A DNA stretch of 57,904 nt from an uncultured Rhodospirillaceae bacterium (lineage in GTDB: Bacteria; Pseudomonadota; Alphaproteobacteria; MPNO01; UBA830). Under the pieces are notes generated by a model. It worked only from the letters and a program-made list of their open reading frames with translations. It searched no databases and was not told the DNA's origin. A program made the position numbers and the translations under genes. Location: assembly GCA_964579285.1 (NCBI GenBank), contig CAZOHS010000001.1:13068-70971 (forward strand). Direction: 5' to 3'. Shown piece by piece: positions 37,475 through 46,744 of this stretch (its first letter is position 1; every line of letters begins with the position of its first letter).

Positions 37475-38023
37475 TCATTCGTCGGAACTCCTCACCGGAT
37501 GGATAGGGCACCATTCGCGAACCTCCCAACCCTCCCGAACAGTTAACGAACCTATCTCTCCGACACACGCACCCCGCTCCACGATTGTCGCATCCAGCCC
37601 AACGATTTCCAGCGGGGTGAAGTTCGACGGTAATGGTGGCGCATCATCAATTAAACGGTCGATTAAGGTAAACCTGTTCCCCATGTCTACAGAGAGATCG
37701 GGTGCCGATGTTCCTCGTGGTCCCAGCACGAGATTTCTATCCCAATTCGTCATTTTAACCCGAAACTCTTGTTCAACGGACATACGTCCCGCTTTTTTTG
37801 TATACCCATCGCTTGTCATTACATCCGGCCCCACTAACCGGTACAGCGCAAGAAATGGTGCCTTAACATTCGCGGAGCATACAAACCTCTGAGCCGTTAT
37901 AAAGCCGGGTATCGTTAGGAGCATATTGATGTGACGTTGGTAGAACTCATCAAAGGCTTCTCTTTCCGCAGACGTCGTATGCGGGTAATTCATCTCTACC
38001 ATGTAATAGGTAGCGCGAGCCAT
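37475..38023 (-). CDS. Hypothetical protein (the N-terminal half looks Dabb/EthD-like)
   Basis: 182-aa ORF with a TGAGGA RBS, 4 nt downstream of the Nfu gene stop. No motif is recognised with confidence. Confidence 0.45.
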   Translation of the reverse strand: MARATYYMVEMNYPHTTSAEREAFDEFYQRHINMLLTIPGFITAQRFVCSANVKAPFLALYRLVGPDVMTSDGYTKKAGRMSVEQEFRVKMTNWDRNLVLGPRGTSAPDLSVDMGNRFTLIDRLIDDAPPLPSNFTPLEIVGLDATIVERGACVGEIGSLTVREGWEVREWCPIHPVRSSDE

Positions 38024-38027
38024 ATCC

Positions 38028-38843
38028 TCAGCTATAAAAGGGATTTGCGCCAGTGGAATGGTCGGTCACGTCAATTACACCTTGTATGGTGGACACTTCG
38101 GACAAAATAGCGTTTTGCACACCTTGCTGCAGCGTAACAGCCGAAGCGGAGCATCCTTGACATCCCCCTTCCATGCGCACGTACGCAACGTGATCGGTAA
38201 TATCTATCAACGATATTTTCCCTCCGTGAGCAGCAACCGCGGGATTTATCTTCTCGTCAAGCAACCGAATAACGGCATCCGCTTCGGGTCCTGTAGGCAG
38301 TTCTCCCGACCCGTTAAAAACCCAGTCGGGAATCTCGGGGGCCTCCGGAGTACCAACCCAAGTCACGTCTTTAATTTCGGGAATATGATGCGTGATAATA
38401 TTGGTCATCATCGAACGTTTTTGCGCGCCGCCACCGCCAATAAGCTCTAACGTCAGAATATCGTCGGCAAGCTTCTTAAACAGAACCTCACCTCCGTAAC
38501 CCTCGACCGCCGGCCGTATTCTCTCTTCTAACAATTCAAAGAGCTTCATCTCCACTTCGTCAGCGAGCAACGGCTCGCCTGAGGCGTAAAATTCCATAAT
38601 GCTCCCCAAAACCGAGGGCTTTAGAAGATACCACTCGATATTTGGGTCTTTTCGCAACGTGAGACTATTCAAGTCTAAGGACACTCCCTCTATACCCTCT
38701 ACGCACAAAAGCCGTTGAGCCAGCGGTGAGCTATCCGCGGCCGCGGCCTCACCCATCTTAGCCCCGCCCGTGGGTAAGACAGGCTCGCCGGGCGTAAAAA
38801 TCATAAGCGCGGGATCTTCGAGTTTCTGCGTCTGTATAAACAT
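38028..38843 (-). CDS. Nfu/NifU-family Fe-S cluster carrier with an unusual three-domain architecture
   Basis: The Nfu_N domain begins MFIQTQKLEDP...SPLAQRLL...GV. It is followed by a NifU-C-like domain lacking CxxC (LIGGGGAQ) and then an NfuA-type domain with GGCQGCSAS and a C-terminal DHSTGANPFYS. Confidence 0.8.
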   Translation of the reverse strand: MFIQTQKLEDPALMIFTPGEPVLPTGGAKMGEAAAADSSPLAQRLLCVEGIEGVSLDLNSLTLRKDPNIEWYLLKPSVLGSIMEFYASGEPLLADEVEMKLFELLEERIRPAVEGYGGEVLFKKLADDILTLELIGGGGAQKRSMMTNIITHHIPEIKDVTWVGTPEAPEIPDWVFNGSGELPTGPEADAVIRLLDEKINPAVAAHGGKISLIDITDHVAYVRMEGGCQGCSASAVTLQQGVQNAILSEVSTIQGVIDVTDHSTGANPFYS

Positions 38844-38860
38844 GAAATACCTATCAGGAG

Positions 38861-40096
38861 CTAAGCACTAAACCGCTGCTTAACATATTGTTCAACAAGT
38901 TTCTGAAAATCCTTCACAATATTGCTACCACGCAACGTAGTAGCCTTTTTGCCATCGATAAATACAGGAGCAACCGGTTCCTCCCCCGTCCCAGGAAGGC
39001 TAATACCGATATCCGCATGTTTCGATTCTCCTGGACCGTTTACGATACAGCCCATTACAGCAACTTTAAGTTCTTCCACACCACGATAATGTTTACGCCA
39101 TTCCGAAGTGTTTTCCCTAAGATATTTTTGAATCTGATCTGCAAGTTCTTGAAAAACTGTGGATGTCGTCCGCCCACAACCAGGACAGGAGGTAACGAGG
39201 GGGATGAATGCCCTCAACCCCATTGTCTGAAGAAGTTCCTGAGCTACGGTCACTTCCCGGGTACGGTCTCCTGATGGCTCTGGCGTCAAAGAAATACGTA
39301 TTGTGTCTCCAATACCCTCCTGTAACAACACTCCCATACTGGCAGAGGAAGCAACTATTCCCTTAGTTCCCATCCCTGCCTCCGTCAAACCAAGATGCAG
39401 AGGGTAATCACACTTGGATGCCAGTTCGCGGTACACCGATATTAAGTCTTGAACCTGGGAAACCTTAGCCGAGACGATTATGCGGTCTTTAGGCATTCCC
39501 AGTTCTTCTGCTCTCCTGGCGGACCCTACACCCGACAAAACCATCGCATCCTGCATAACTTCTGATGCACTTTTAGGCGAATTCGATGCGGTATTCTCAT
39601 CCATCAACTGTGTCAGCAATGTCTGGTCCAATGAACCCCAATTCACTCCAATTCGAATGGGTTTTTCAAATCGATTTGCAATATCAATCATTGAGCTAAA
39701 TTGAGTATCGCGTTTCTGGCCAAATCCAACATTGCCTGGATTAATTCGGTATTTTGCAAGCACCTCCGCACACGCTGGGTGTTCAGCCAGTAACGTATGA
39801 CCGTTATAGTGAAAATCGCCAACCAACGGCACATCAACCCCTAATTGTTCTATTCGATCTCTGATGTGTGGCACGGCCTTTGCAGCATCCTCTCGATCAA
39901 CGGTGATCCGGACAATTTCAGACCCGGCACTCGCAAGAGACACTATTTGTTCTGTTGTTTTCTCAACATCAGCAGTATCGGTGTTGGTCATTGACTGCAC
40001 TACAATGGGCGCACCCCCGCCTATTGTAACCCCACCGACGTTCACCGCCATTGTCGTTCGACGTTTCATAGTTCCTACTCTGCATGGCTCAGTCAT
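38861..40096 (-). CDS. ispG: 4-hydroxy-3-methylbut-2-en-1-yl diphosphate synthase (flavodoxin), MEP pathway
   Basis: It has [24 protein letters not shown] and GCIVNGPGE. The start is uncertain: ATG at 40096, ATG at 40069, or the TTG at 40114 that overlaps the thrH stop. Confidence 0.9.
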   Translation of the reverse strand: MTEPCRVGTMKRRTTMAVNVGGVTIGGGAPIVVQSMTNTDTADVEKTTEQIVSLASAGSEIVRITVDREDAAKAVPHIRDRIEQLGVDVPLVGDFHYNGHTLLAEHPACAEVLAKYRINPGNVGFGQKRDTQFSSMIDIANRFEKPIRIGVNWGSLDQTLLTQLMDENTASNSPKSASEVMQDAMVLSGVGSARRAEELGMPKDRIIVSAKVSQVQDLISVYRELASKCDYPLHLGLTEAGMGTKGIVASSASMGVLLQEGIGDTIRISLTPEPSGDRTREVTVAQELLQTMGLRAFIPLVTSCPGCGRTTSTVFQELADQIQKYLRENTSEWRKHYRGVEELKVAVMGCIVNGPGESKHADIGISLPGTGEEPVAPVFIDGKKATTLRGSNIVKDFQKLVEQYVKQRFSA

Positions 40097-40110
40097 ATTT
40101 CTTATCGCTA

Positions 40111-40746
40111 TCAAGTAGAGATAGCGCTCACGTCCTGTTGAAAGAGTGGTTCCGCCGCATCGATCTCAGCAAGCAGTGTATTATATTCGGTGAAGACCTT
40201 AAATTGTGGAAATTCATCTATTACATTCTGAGGCGGACGAAATAGAAAACCAACATCTGCTGCCTCTAGCATAAGAGTATCATTATAGGAATCGCCAGCT
40301 GCGCAAGTATAGAAATTAAGTTTGCGAAGAGCGTCGACGGCTGCTTTTTTATGGTTTTTCATTCGAAGCTCATAACCAAAAATGCGTCCCTCTTTGCTCA
40401 CCTTAAGCCGATGGCAAAACAAGGTCGGGTGTCCCATTTTAATCATCAGGGGGCCAACAAACTCGTAAAATGTGTCCGATAAAATAATTAGCTGATATTT
40501 TAGACGTACAGCGTCGAGAAACTCTCGTGCACCCGGGAGTGGCTCAATTTCCTCAATGATCGGCCTAAGTGTGTTAATTCCAATATCGTTTTTGTCTAGG
40601 ATATCGAGGCGGTATTGCATTAGCTGATTGTAGTCGGGTTCGTCCCGCGTCGTGCGTCGCAGGTCATCAATTCCCGTCCGTTCTGCCAAATCTATCCATA
40701 TCTCGGGCGCGATGACGCCCTCCATATCGAGACACACAATCTTCAA
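40111..40746 (-). CDS. thrH: Phosphoserine phosphatase / homoserine phosphotransferase ThrH (HAD family)
   Basis: It is collinear by eye with Pseudomonas ThrH ([17 protein letters not shown]...[16 protein letters not shown]...ILSDTFYEF...[12 protein letters not shown]...FPQF). I prefer the TTG at 40746, which gives MKIVCLD and matches the ThrH N-terminus length. The ORF track start is 40806. Confidence 0.8.
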   Translation of the reverse strand: MKIVCLDMEGVIAPEIWIDLAERTGIDDLRRTTRDEPDYNQLMQYRLDILDKNDIGINTLRPIIEEIEPLPGAREFLDAVRLKYQLIILSDTFYEFVGPLMIKMGHPTLFCHRLKVSKEGRIFGYELRMKNHKKAAVDALRKLNFYTCAAGDSYNDTLMLEAADVGFLFRPPQNVIDEFPQFKVFTEYNTLLAEIDAAEPLFQQDVSAIST

Positions 40747-40817
40747 TGGTACGACCTTATAGTTGTATATGATTTGCGGTATAACAGGGAGGGTATTAGC
40801 CCGCAAACAAGAAAAAC

Positions 40818-41693
40818 TTAGTCAGCGTGATTTATGGTCGCGCGTTCCGGCTTAGTCCCCTGCACAGTGGTCCGGCGTAACAAGCGCCTTTCTCCCGCAC
40901 CAAAATCCGTGCGCGCATGATTAGCACACCGATTATCCCAGATAACAAAATCACCCGGTGACCAAACGTGTTCGTAAATAATCTCTGGTCTTTCCGCATA
41001 AGAAAATAACTCCGATAGGACTTTTGTACTTTCGGATTGAGTGAAGCCCACAAGAGCCTCTGTCAAAAGTCGGTTAACATAGAGCGCTGTACGCCCTGTT
41101 TCTTCATGGCAAATAAATACTGGATGTTCTGCGGTACCCTTATATTTCGATATACCAAGGTTTGCCCTCATCTTTTTTGAAACATCAACTCCCGTGTAAA
41201 ATCCATGTTTAGCGTCTACGTCTGCCAATTTTGATTTTAGAAATTTTGGCAGCATTTCGTATGCCTTATACATATTCGCGAAAAGTGTATTGCCACCTCG
41301 TTTCGGCACCTCCAGAGCGTGAAGCATAGTGTAGCGATACGGGTCACGCTCGTACGCGCCATCCGTATGAAAATGCATCTCTCCGTCAGGCAAAGAGCCG
41401 ATTGTCTTACCGTCATCCCGAATATTAGAAACCAGCATGACTGACTTATGGATCTGGTCATCCGATTGTGTGCCCTTCGAATGTATTGGCCGGTTTGGCG
41501 GAGACCCAAAGTTTAGACTGAAATTTAGTTGTGCTTCATCACTTAGATTTTGATCAGCAAAAATAAGAACGATATATTCCAGCCACGCTTGGTGGATATC
41601 TTGCAAATCCGCACCGCTTAATGGCGCTGAAAGATCTACACCTGTAATTCTAGCGCCAAGTGAAGCGTGAACCGGAGAGACCTTGATAGGCAT
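40818..41693 (-). CDS. TauD/TfdA-family Fe(II)/2-oxoglutarate-dependent dioxygenase
   Basis: 291 aa with the facial triad HFHTDGAY ... and WDNRCANHAR. RBS is GAGGGG. Confidence 0.85.
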   Translation of the reverse strand: MPIKVSPVHASLGARITGVDLSAPLSGADLQDIHQAWLEYIVLIFADQNLSDEAQLNFSLNFGSPPNRPIHSKGTQSDDQIHKSVMLVSNIRDDGKTIGSLPDGEMHFHTDGAYERDPYRYTMLHALEVPKRGGNTLFANMYKAYEMLPKFLKSKLADVDAKHGFYTGVDVSKKMRANLGISKYKGTAEHPVFICHEETGRTALYVNRLLTEALVGFTQSESTKVLSELFSYAERPEIIYEHVWSPGDFVIWDNRCANHARTDFGAGERRLLRRTTVQGTKPERATINHAD

Positions 41694-41770
41694 TATTGGA
41701 CCCCTCGTTTGTCCCTATCCACAAATAATAGCTCCCAAATTATGCATAGGCAAAACTTCAAATATAGTGG

Positions 41771-41785
41771 TTTGTCTCGGACAAA
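41771..41785. promoter_or_regulatory. Inverted repeat TTTGTC-TCG-GACAAA, a candidate operator in the divergent TauD / monooxygenase promoter region
   Basis: Read directly. It lies 45-59 bp upstream of the ATG at 41830. Confidence 0.25.
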
Positions 41786-41829
41786 TTCGATATTAGAATA
41801 ATCCTAACCGTGTTTTTTTGGATTGCTAA

Positions 41830-43041
41830 ATGCCCACCGTACAAAAAATTAAAAATGTAAGCTCAGAAGAACTGACCCGCCGAGCAATAGACTTTCGTAG
41901 TTTAATCGCGGAACACGCCTCGGATTCTGAAAAACATGGTCGCGTCCTAGAAAAGGTCTATAGAGAAGCGCAGTCTCAGGAATTTTTCCGTTACTACCAG
42001 CCGGCACGTTTCGGTGGGCTTGAATATGATCACACACCTACGCCCGCGCGTTGGATGTTAGAATGGGGCTCCGCAGATGCCTCGATTGGCTGGGTTTGTG
42101 GCTTAGGGGTTGTTCACCAATGGCTGATTGCTCAGTTTCCGATCGCGGCACAAGAGGAAGTTTGGGGATCCAATCCCCATGCAACAGCATGCGGCTCTTA
42201 TGCGCCAGCTGGAAAATGCATTGCGGAAGATGGTGGTTTTCGCCTGACGGGCGACTTCCACTTTGCCAGCGGGATCGATGTGGTGGATTGGGTAATACTG
42301 GGCGTTTTTTTTCCAACAAACTCTGATGACGGGCCGGGTGTTCCTGGGTTTACAATGGTCCCAAAGTCGGAACTAGAGATACTTGATAACTGGGATACGA
42401 TGGGACTGGTTGGCTCGGGATCAAAAACCGTTGTTTGCAAAGAAGTTTTCATCCCCGAACATCGGAAGATAACCTTTGCGCAACTTGTGTCAGGCAATTC
42501 ACCAGGTTACCAAGCCCTGCAAAACAGTATTTACCGTTATCCGTTCCTGTCACTTGTGGCCTACGCAATTTCAATACCTGCGCTGGGCGCATTAAATGGC
42601 GCACTTGAAACGTATCTTGACGCTATCCAGGATCGTTCGACCCGGGGTGCCGTTGTACTTGGCGGCAGCAAGGTAAAGGATTTTCAGGCGGTCCAAATGA
42701 GAGTTGGTCGCGCGGCCGCCAATCTTAAGGCGGCGAGGGCTATGCTATTTGAACAACTCGAAGATTCCCGGGTGAAGGTAGTCGAGCAAGGGACAATACT
42801 CACCGTCCACGACCGAATGGAAAACCGCATAACTCAAGCAAAGATCGTCGAACTGGGTGTAGAGGGGCTGGACCTATTGTTTGGCGCGGTCGGAGGTCAG
42901 GGAATACATTCTCATGGGCATATTCAAAGAGCGTGGCGGGACGCTCACGCTATAGCACACCACATTAGCTTCAACTGGGATGCGCTCAGCGCAATGTTTG
43001 GGCAACATCTGATGGGGTTAGATCCACAGGGACAGTACTGA
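41830..43041 (+). CDS. Acyl-CoA-dehydrogenase-fold flavin-dependent monooxygenase (group D; DszC/SfnB/HpaH-C2-like)
   Basis: 403 aa with a three-domain ACAD-like layout and no CoA-type catalytic base recognisable by eye. Its context with TauD genes is typical of two-component monooxygenases. Confidence 0.65.
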   Translation: MPTVQKIKNVSSEELTRRAIDFRSLIAEHASDSEKHGRVLEKVYREAQSQEFFRYYQPARFGGLEYDHTPTPARWMLEWGSADASIGWVCGLGVVHQWLIAQFPIAAQEEVWGSNPHATACGSYAPAGKCIAEDGGFRLTGDFHFASGIDVVDWVILGVFFPTNSDDGPGVPGFTMVPKSELEILDNWDTMGLVGSGSKTVVCKEVFIPEHRKITFAQLVSGNSPGYQALQNSIYRYPFLSLVAYAISIPALGALNGALETYLDAIQDRSTRGAVVLGGSKVKDFQAVQMRVGRAAANLKAARAMLFEQLEDSRVKVVEQGTILTVHDRMENRITQAKIVELGVEGLDLLFGAVGGQGIHSHGHIQRAWRDAHAIAHHISFNWDALSAMFGQHLMGLDPQGQY

Positions 43042-43042
43042 G

Positions 43043-43333
43043 ATGGTAGCCTACTGGATAGCGGCCTTAAGTGCTCAGGATATGACACCACTCCGCGAAT
43101 ACGCTGCACAAGCTCGAGTTGCAATCGACAAGTACGGCGGCAGATCGCTTTCCAGGCTGGGGCGGTTTCATCTTCTTGAAGGCGAGTTTATCGGCGATAA
43201 AATGGTGGTTATTGAATTTGACAGCATGGAACAGGCCGTCGCGTGCTATAATTCGCCCGAGTATCAGGCGGCTATCAAGCTCCGAGAGGGAAAGACAGAT
43301 GGCCTTTTTATTGTTGTCGAAGGCACCAATTAG
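43043..43333 (+). CDS. DUF1330 domain protein
   Basis: 96 aa (MVAYWIAALSAQD...YGGRSL...VVIEFDSMEQAVACYNSPEYQAA...), starting 1 nt after the upstream stop. Confidence 0.65.
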   Translation: MVAYWIAALSAQDMTPLREYAAQARVAIDKYGGRSLSRLGRFHLLEGEFIGDKMVVIEFDSMEQAVACYNSPEYQAAIKLREGKTDGLFIVVEGTN

Positions 43334-43483
43334 ACAGGATTGCGACTTAACCTGAAACGACCCGTTTCTGTATAATAGAAATCGCTAGTATGACGATAGT
43401 GGCGTGGATAAGTTGGACTAAAACCATTACCTTCTGTGTGCGATGAGCTTTTAGCTATCCTGTTCTGAGAACGGACCCAACAT

Positions 43484-44329
43484 ATGAAGTTAGTTCCTAA
43501 ATCACCAGCTGGCGGCGCGGATATCACCGAGATCGACCTGAGCGATCAACTGCCCGCTACGACGATCACCGCGGTTAAAGATGCCTTTCATACTTTCGGC
43601 GTTATCGCATTCCGTGATCAGGATATTAGTCCGGAAGATCAATTTCGCTTCTGTGAGCTAATGGGGGGTACGGCGACGCGCGGCCAACCACTGGATAGAC
43701 GGCGTGAGCAGGCGGATGCAGAATATGACGGCGCGGTCCACCTTGTCACCAACTTAACTAAGGACGGCAAGCCGCTCGGGTCATTTGGTGATGGAGAGGT
43801 CTGGTTTCACCATGACGGTAGTTTTAAAGAAATACCCTACGCGGCTACGGTACTTTATGGCCTCACGGTAACGTCGAGAGGTGGAGAGACCGTGTTTGCG
43901 AATATGTACATGGCTTATGATCGCTTAAGTGATGACGTAAAACACCGCCTGGACGGGCTTTTTGGGTTAAACATTTATGACTACGCGGCAAGGGAGCCGG
44001 TCGACCTAGATCGAGATACTTCGAATGTTAACCAATGGGTCCACCCATTGGTCATAAGGCACCCTGTGACTGGCCGGAAAGCACTTTACGTTAGTCCCCT
44101 AATCACCGCGCGGATCGAAGGTCTACCTAAGCAAGAAAGTAACGATCTCCTCCAAGAACTCTTCCGATATATTCACGACGATGAGATCAAGTTTCAACAC
44201 CGCTGGTCCGCGGGTGACCTTGTAATGATGGACAACCGGTGTATTACGCACGCGCGGCTAGATTTTCCAGAAAACGAGGAACGAATGCTCCGCCGGACAA
44301 TGGTGGAAGGGGTGCCTATAGGCGCTTAA
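43484..44329 (+). CDS. TauD/TfdA-family Fe(II)/2-oxoglutarate-dependent dioxygenase
   Basis: 281 aa with WFHHDGSF ... MDNRCITHAR. It is a paralog of 40818..41693. Confidence 0.85.
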   Translation: MKLVPKSPAGGADITEIDLSDQLPATTITAVKDAFHTFGVIAFRDQDISPEDQFRFCELMGGTATRGQPLDRRREQADAEYDGAVHLVTNLTKDGKPLGSFGDGEVWFHHDGSFKEIPYAATVLYGLTVTSRGGETVFANMYMAYDRLSDDVKHRLDGLFGLNIYDYAAREPVDLDRDTSNVNQWVHPLVIRHPVTGRKALYVSPLITARIEGLPKQESNDLLQELFRYIHDDEIKFQHRWSAGDLVMMDNRCITHARLDFPENEERMLRRTMVEGVPIGA

Positions 44330-44337
44330 TACAGAAT

Positions 44338-45039
44338 TTAGACCCCGAGATATTGGTGTTGGACATCTTTATTGGAACTTAGTTCCTGAGAACTACCACT
44401 CCAAACAACCTGACCTCGCTCAACAATATAATGCCTGTCACCGATCCGGGTAAGTACATCTACGTTTTTGTCAATGACAAGGATAGATTGGCCTCGGCTT
44501 TTTAAACCCTCAAGGCACTTCCAAATTTCCTGTCGAACTAGAGGCGCGAGCCCCTCCGTTGCCTCATCGAGTATGAGCAACTTTGGGTTCGTCATCAGGG
44601 CCCGTCCCACGGCGAGCATTTGTTGTTCGCCGCCAGAAAGCTGATTTCCCATGTTATTCATTCGGTCACCGAGATTGGGAAATAACTCGACGATGTCTGC
44701 TACATCCCATGGTTCCGAAGACTGGGATCTATTTGCTCTTGTAGCAATTAGGTTTTCGTGCACAGTCAAATTAGGAAAAATTTGTCTGCCCTCAGGCACT
44801 AATCCTAGTCCGAGTTGAGCGATTTGATAATCCTTGAGTCCACCCACCTCGGTACCTTCAAAAGTCACACTTCCTGACTGGAGAGGCACCATTCCCATCA
44901 TCGTCCGTATAGTTGTTGTTTTTCCCATTCCATTCCGGCCAAGAAGAGAAACCACCTCCCCTTCTTGAATGGATAAAGAGACCCCGAAAAGCACCTGACT
45001 GGTCCCGTACGAGGCCTCAATATCTTTTACTTCAAGCAT
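44338..45039 (-). CDS. ABC transporter ATP-binding protein (LivF-like, branched-chain amino acid type)
   Basis: Walker A is GRNGMGKTT and the signature is LSGGEQQML. I chose the ATG at 45039 (MLEVKDIEASYG), which overlaps the LivG-like stop by 8 nt. Confidence 0.9.
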   Translation of the reverse strand: MLEVKDIEASYGTSQVLFGVSLSIQEGEVVSLLGRNGMGKTTTIRTMMGMVPLQSGSVTFEGTEVGGLKDYQIAQLGLGLVPEGRQIFPNLTVHENLIATRANRSQSSEPWDVADIVELFPNLGDRMNNMGNQLSGGEQQMLAVGRALMTNPKLLILDEATEGLAPLVRQEIWKCLEGLKSRGQSILVIDKNVDVLTRIGDRHYIVERGQVVWSGSSQELSSNKDVQHQYLGV

Positions 45040-45796
45040 CTGTTTGAACCTCATCTTCTCCAAGATAGGCAGCTCTAACTTCAGAATTGTTCCGGATCTC
45101 GTCTGGGGACCCTGTCGCAATGGCCCTGCCATACACTAAGACGGTGACCCTATCCGCGAGGCTGAATACGGTGTCCATATCATGCTCTATAAGAAGCATA
45201 GAATATTCACCCTTCAACCTTCGCAAGAACTGCCGCATGTTTTCCGATTCCTCGGCACCCATTCCCGCGGTCGGTTCGTCTAACAACAGCATCTTGGGTT
45301 CTGTCGCGAGCGCCATAGCAATTTCTAACTGGCGCTGTTCCCCGTGAGCGAGATTGCCAGCCAAAGAAAGGGATCGCTGGCCCAGGCCGACCTGCTCCAA
45401 AATTTCTCGGGCGGGGTTCACTAAATCCGCGTCCGTTGACGCCGGTTTCCAAAACCGAAAACTGTGTCCCGCATGGGCCTGTATCGCCAAAATAACATTT
45501 TCTAAAGCGCTAAAAGCCGGAAAAACGCTCGTAATTTGAAAGGATCGCGCTAAACCCAAATGGGATCGCTCCGGCGCACTCATAGAACCTATCTCGGTGC
45601 CCGCAAATATGATTTCACCCGAATCTGGGGAAAGCATCCCCGCTAATTGCGCGACAAATGTTGTCTTTCCTGCACCATTTGGTCCGATGACTGCGTGAAT
45701 CTCGCCGAATTGAACGTCAAAATCCAAATGGTCTGTAGCAACCACCCCACCAAAAGACTTATTGAGGTCCCGAACTTGCAGGATAACGTCACTCAT
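45032..45796 (-). CDS. ABC transporter ATP-binding protein (LivG-like)
   Basis: Walker A is GPNGAGKTT, with LAHGEQRQLEIA. I chose the ATG at 45796 (MSDVILQVRDLNKSFGG), which overlaps the upstream permease stop by 8 nt. Confidence 0.9.
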   Translation of the reverse strand: MSDVILQVRDLNKSFGGVVATDHLDFDVQFGEIHAVIGPNGAGKTTFVAQLAGMLSPDSGEIIFAGTEIGSMSAPERSHLGLARSFQITSVFPAFSALENVILAIQAHAGHSFRFWKPASTDADLVNPAREILEQVGLGQRSLSLAGNLAHGEQRQLEIAMALATEPKMLLLDEPTAGMGAEESENMRQFLRRLKGEYSMLLIEHDMDTVFSLADRVTVLVYGRAIATGSPDEIRNNSEVRAAYLGEDEVQTDA

Positions 45797-46739
45797 CGCC
45801 CAATCTTTCTTTGCCAGGCAATAACCCCCAAAGGCCCTGTTTCGCAAACAGAACGAGAACAATCAATATGGGGCCAAAATAGAACTGCCAATATTCTGTG
45901 AAGCTAGCCATTACCTCCTCAAAGATCAGGTACGCGAATGCCCCATATAGCGGTCCAAAAAGTGTACCCATCCCGCCTACAATCACCATGACCATAATCT
46001 CACCCGAGCGGAACCAATGCATGTACTCTGGGGTCAAAAACTCGGTTAAGTTGCCAAGAAGAAACCCTGCAAGGCCGCACATAACGCCCGAAATAATAAA
46101 TGCTGAAAGTCGATATTTTAATGTGGGAAAGCCAATCGCTTCCATTCTGGGTAGATTTGCACGTGAACCCCTTAATACCATCCCAAAACGGGAGTTCACG
46201 CACTTCCAACCAAATATCGTGCAGGCAGTAAGGGTCCCTAGGATAAGATAGTACATATTCAATTCTTCACTGAGATCAAAGAAAGAAAAGAATTCGCTGC
46301 GAGTGTCGATTGGGAGGCCGTCATCACCCCCATAGGTTTCAAGGCTGATGCCAAGGAAATAAAACATTTGAGCCAGAGCAAACGTCACCATAATAAAATA
46401 TATTCCGCTCGTCCGAAGCGATATGTAGCCGACAAATAAACCAATCAGTGCTGTGCCAAATACACAAACAGCTAGTTGGACCCATCCATTCGTAATCTCA
46501 TAGAACGCGAGTATCCCGACTGAGTAACACCCCAAACCAAAAAACATCGCGTGGCCGAAGCTGATCATTCCGCCGTAGCCAAGAATTAGATCGAGGCTCA
46601 TGGCCGCGATTGCAAAAATCATCATTCTTGCGACAAGAGAAATGTAGAATTCTTCGCCGATTGCCTCCGCAACGATTGGCAAGAAGGCGAGAACTAAAAA
46701 CGAAATAATCAGTACCCATAATTTTAAGCGACTTAACAT
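45789..46739 (-). CDS. ABC transporter permease (LivM-like)
   Basis: 316-aa polytopic membrane protein in a Liv-type operon. Confidence 0.85.
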   Translation of the reverse strand: MLSRLKLWVLIISFLVLAFLPIVAEAIGEEFYISLVARMMIFAIAAMSLDLILGYGGMISFGHAMFFGLGCYSVGILAFYEITNGWVQLAVCVFGTALIGLFVGYISLRTSGIYFIMVTFALAQMFYFLGISLETYGGDDGLPIDTRSEFFSFFDLSEELNMYYLILGTLTACTIFGWKCVNSRFGMVLRGSRANLPRMEAIGFPTLKYRLSAFIISGVMCGLAGFLLGNLTEFLTPEYMHWFRSGEIMVMVIVGGMGTLFGPLYGAFAYLIFEEVMASFTEYWQFYFGPILIVLVLFAKQGLWGLLPGKERLGDE

Positions 46740-46744
46740 TTGGA

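Noticed and set aside
40097-40114. TTG at 40114 (overlapping the thrH stop as TTGA) as the ispG start
   Set aside because: This is possible, but it adds six residues with no homology expectation. The ATG at 40096 gives an N-terminus of typical length. I kept it only as an alternative.
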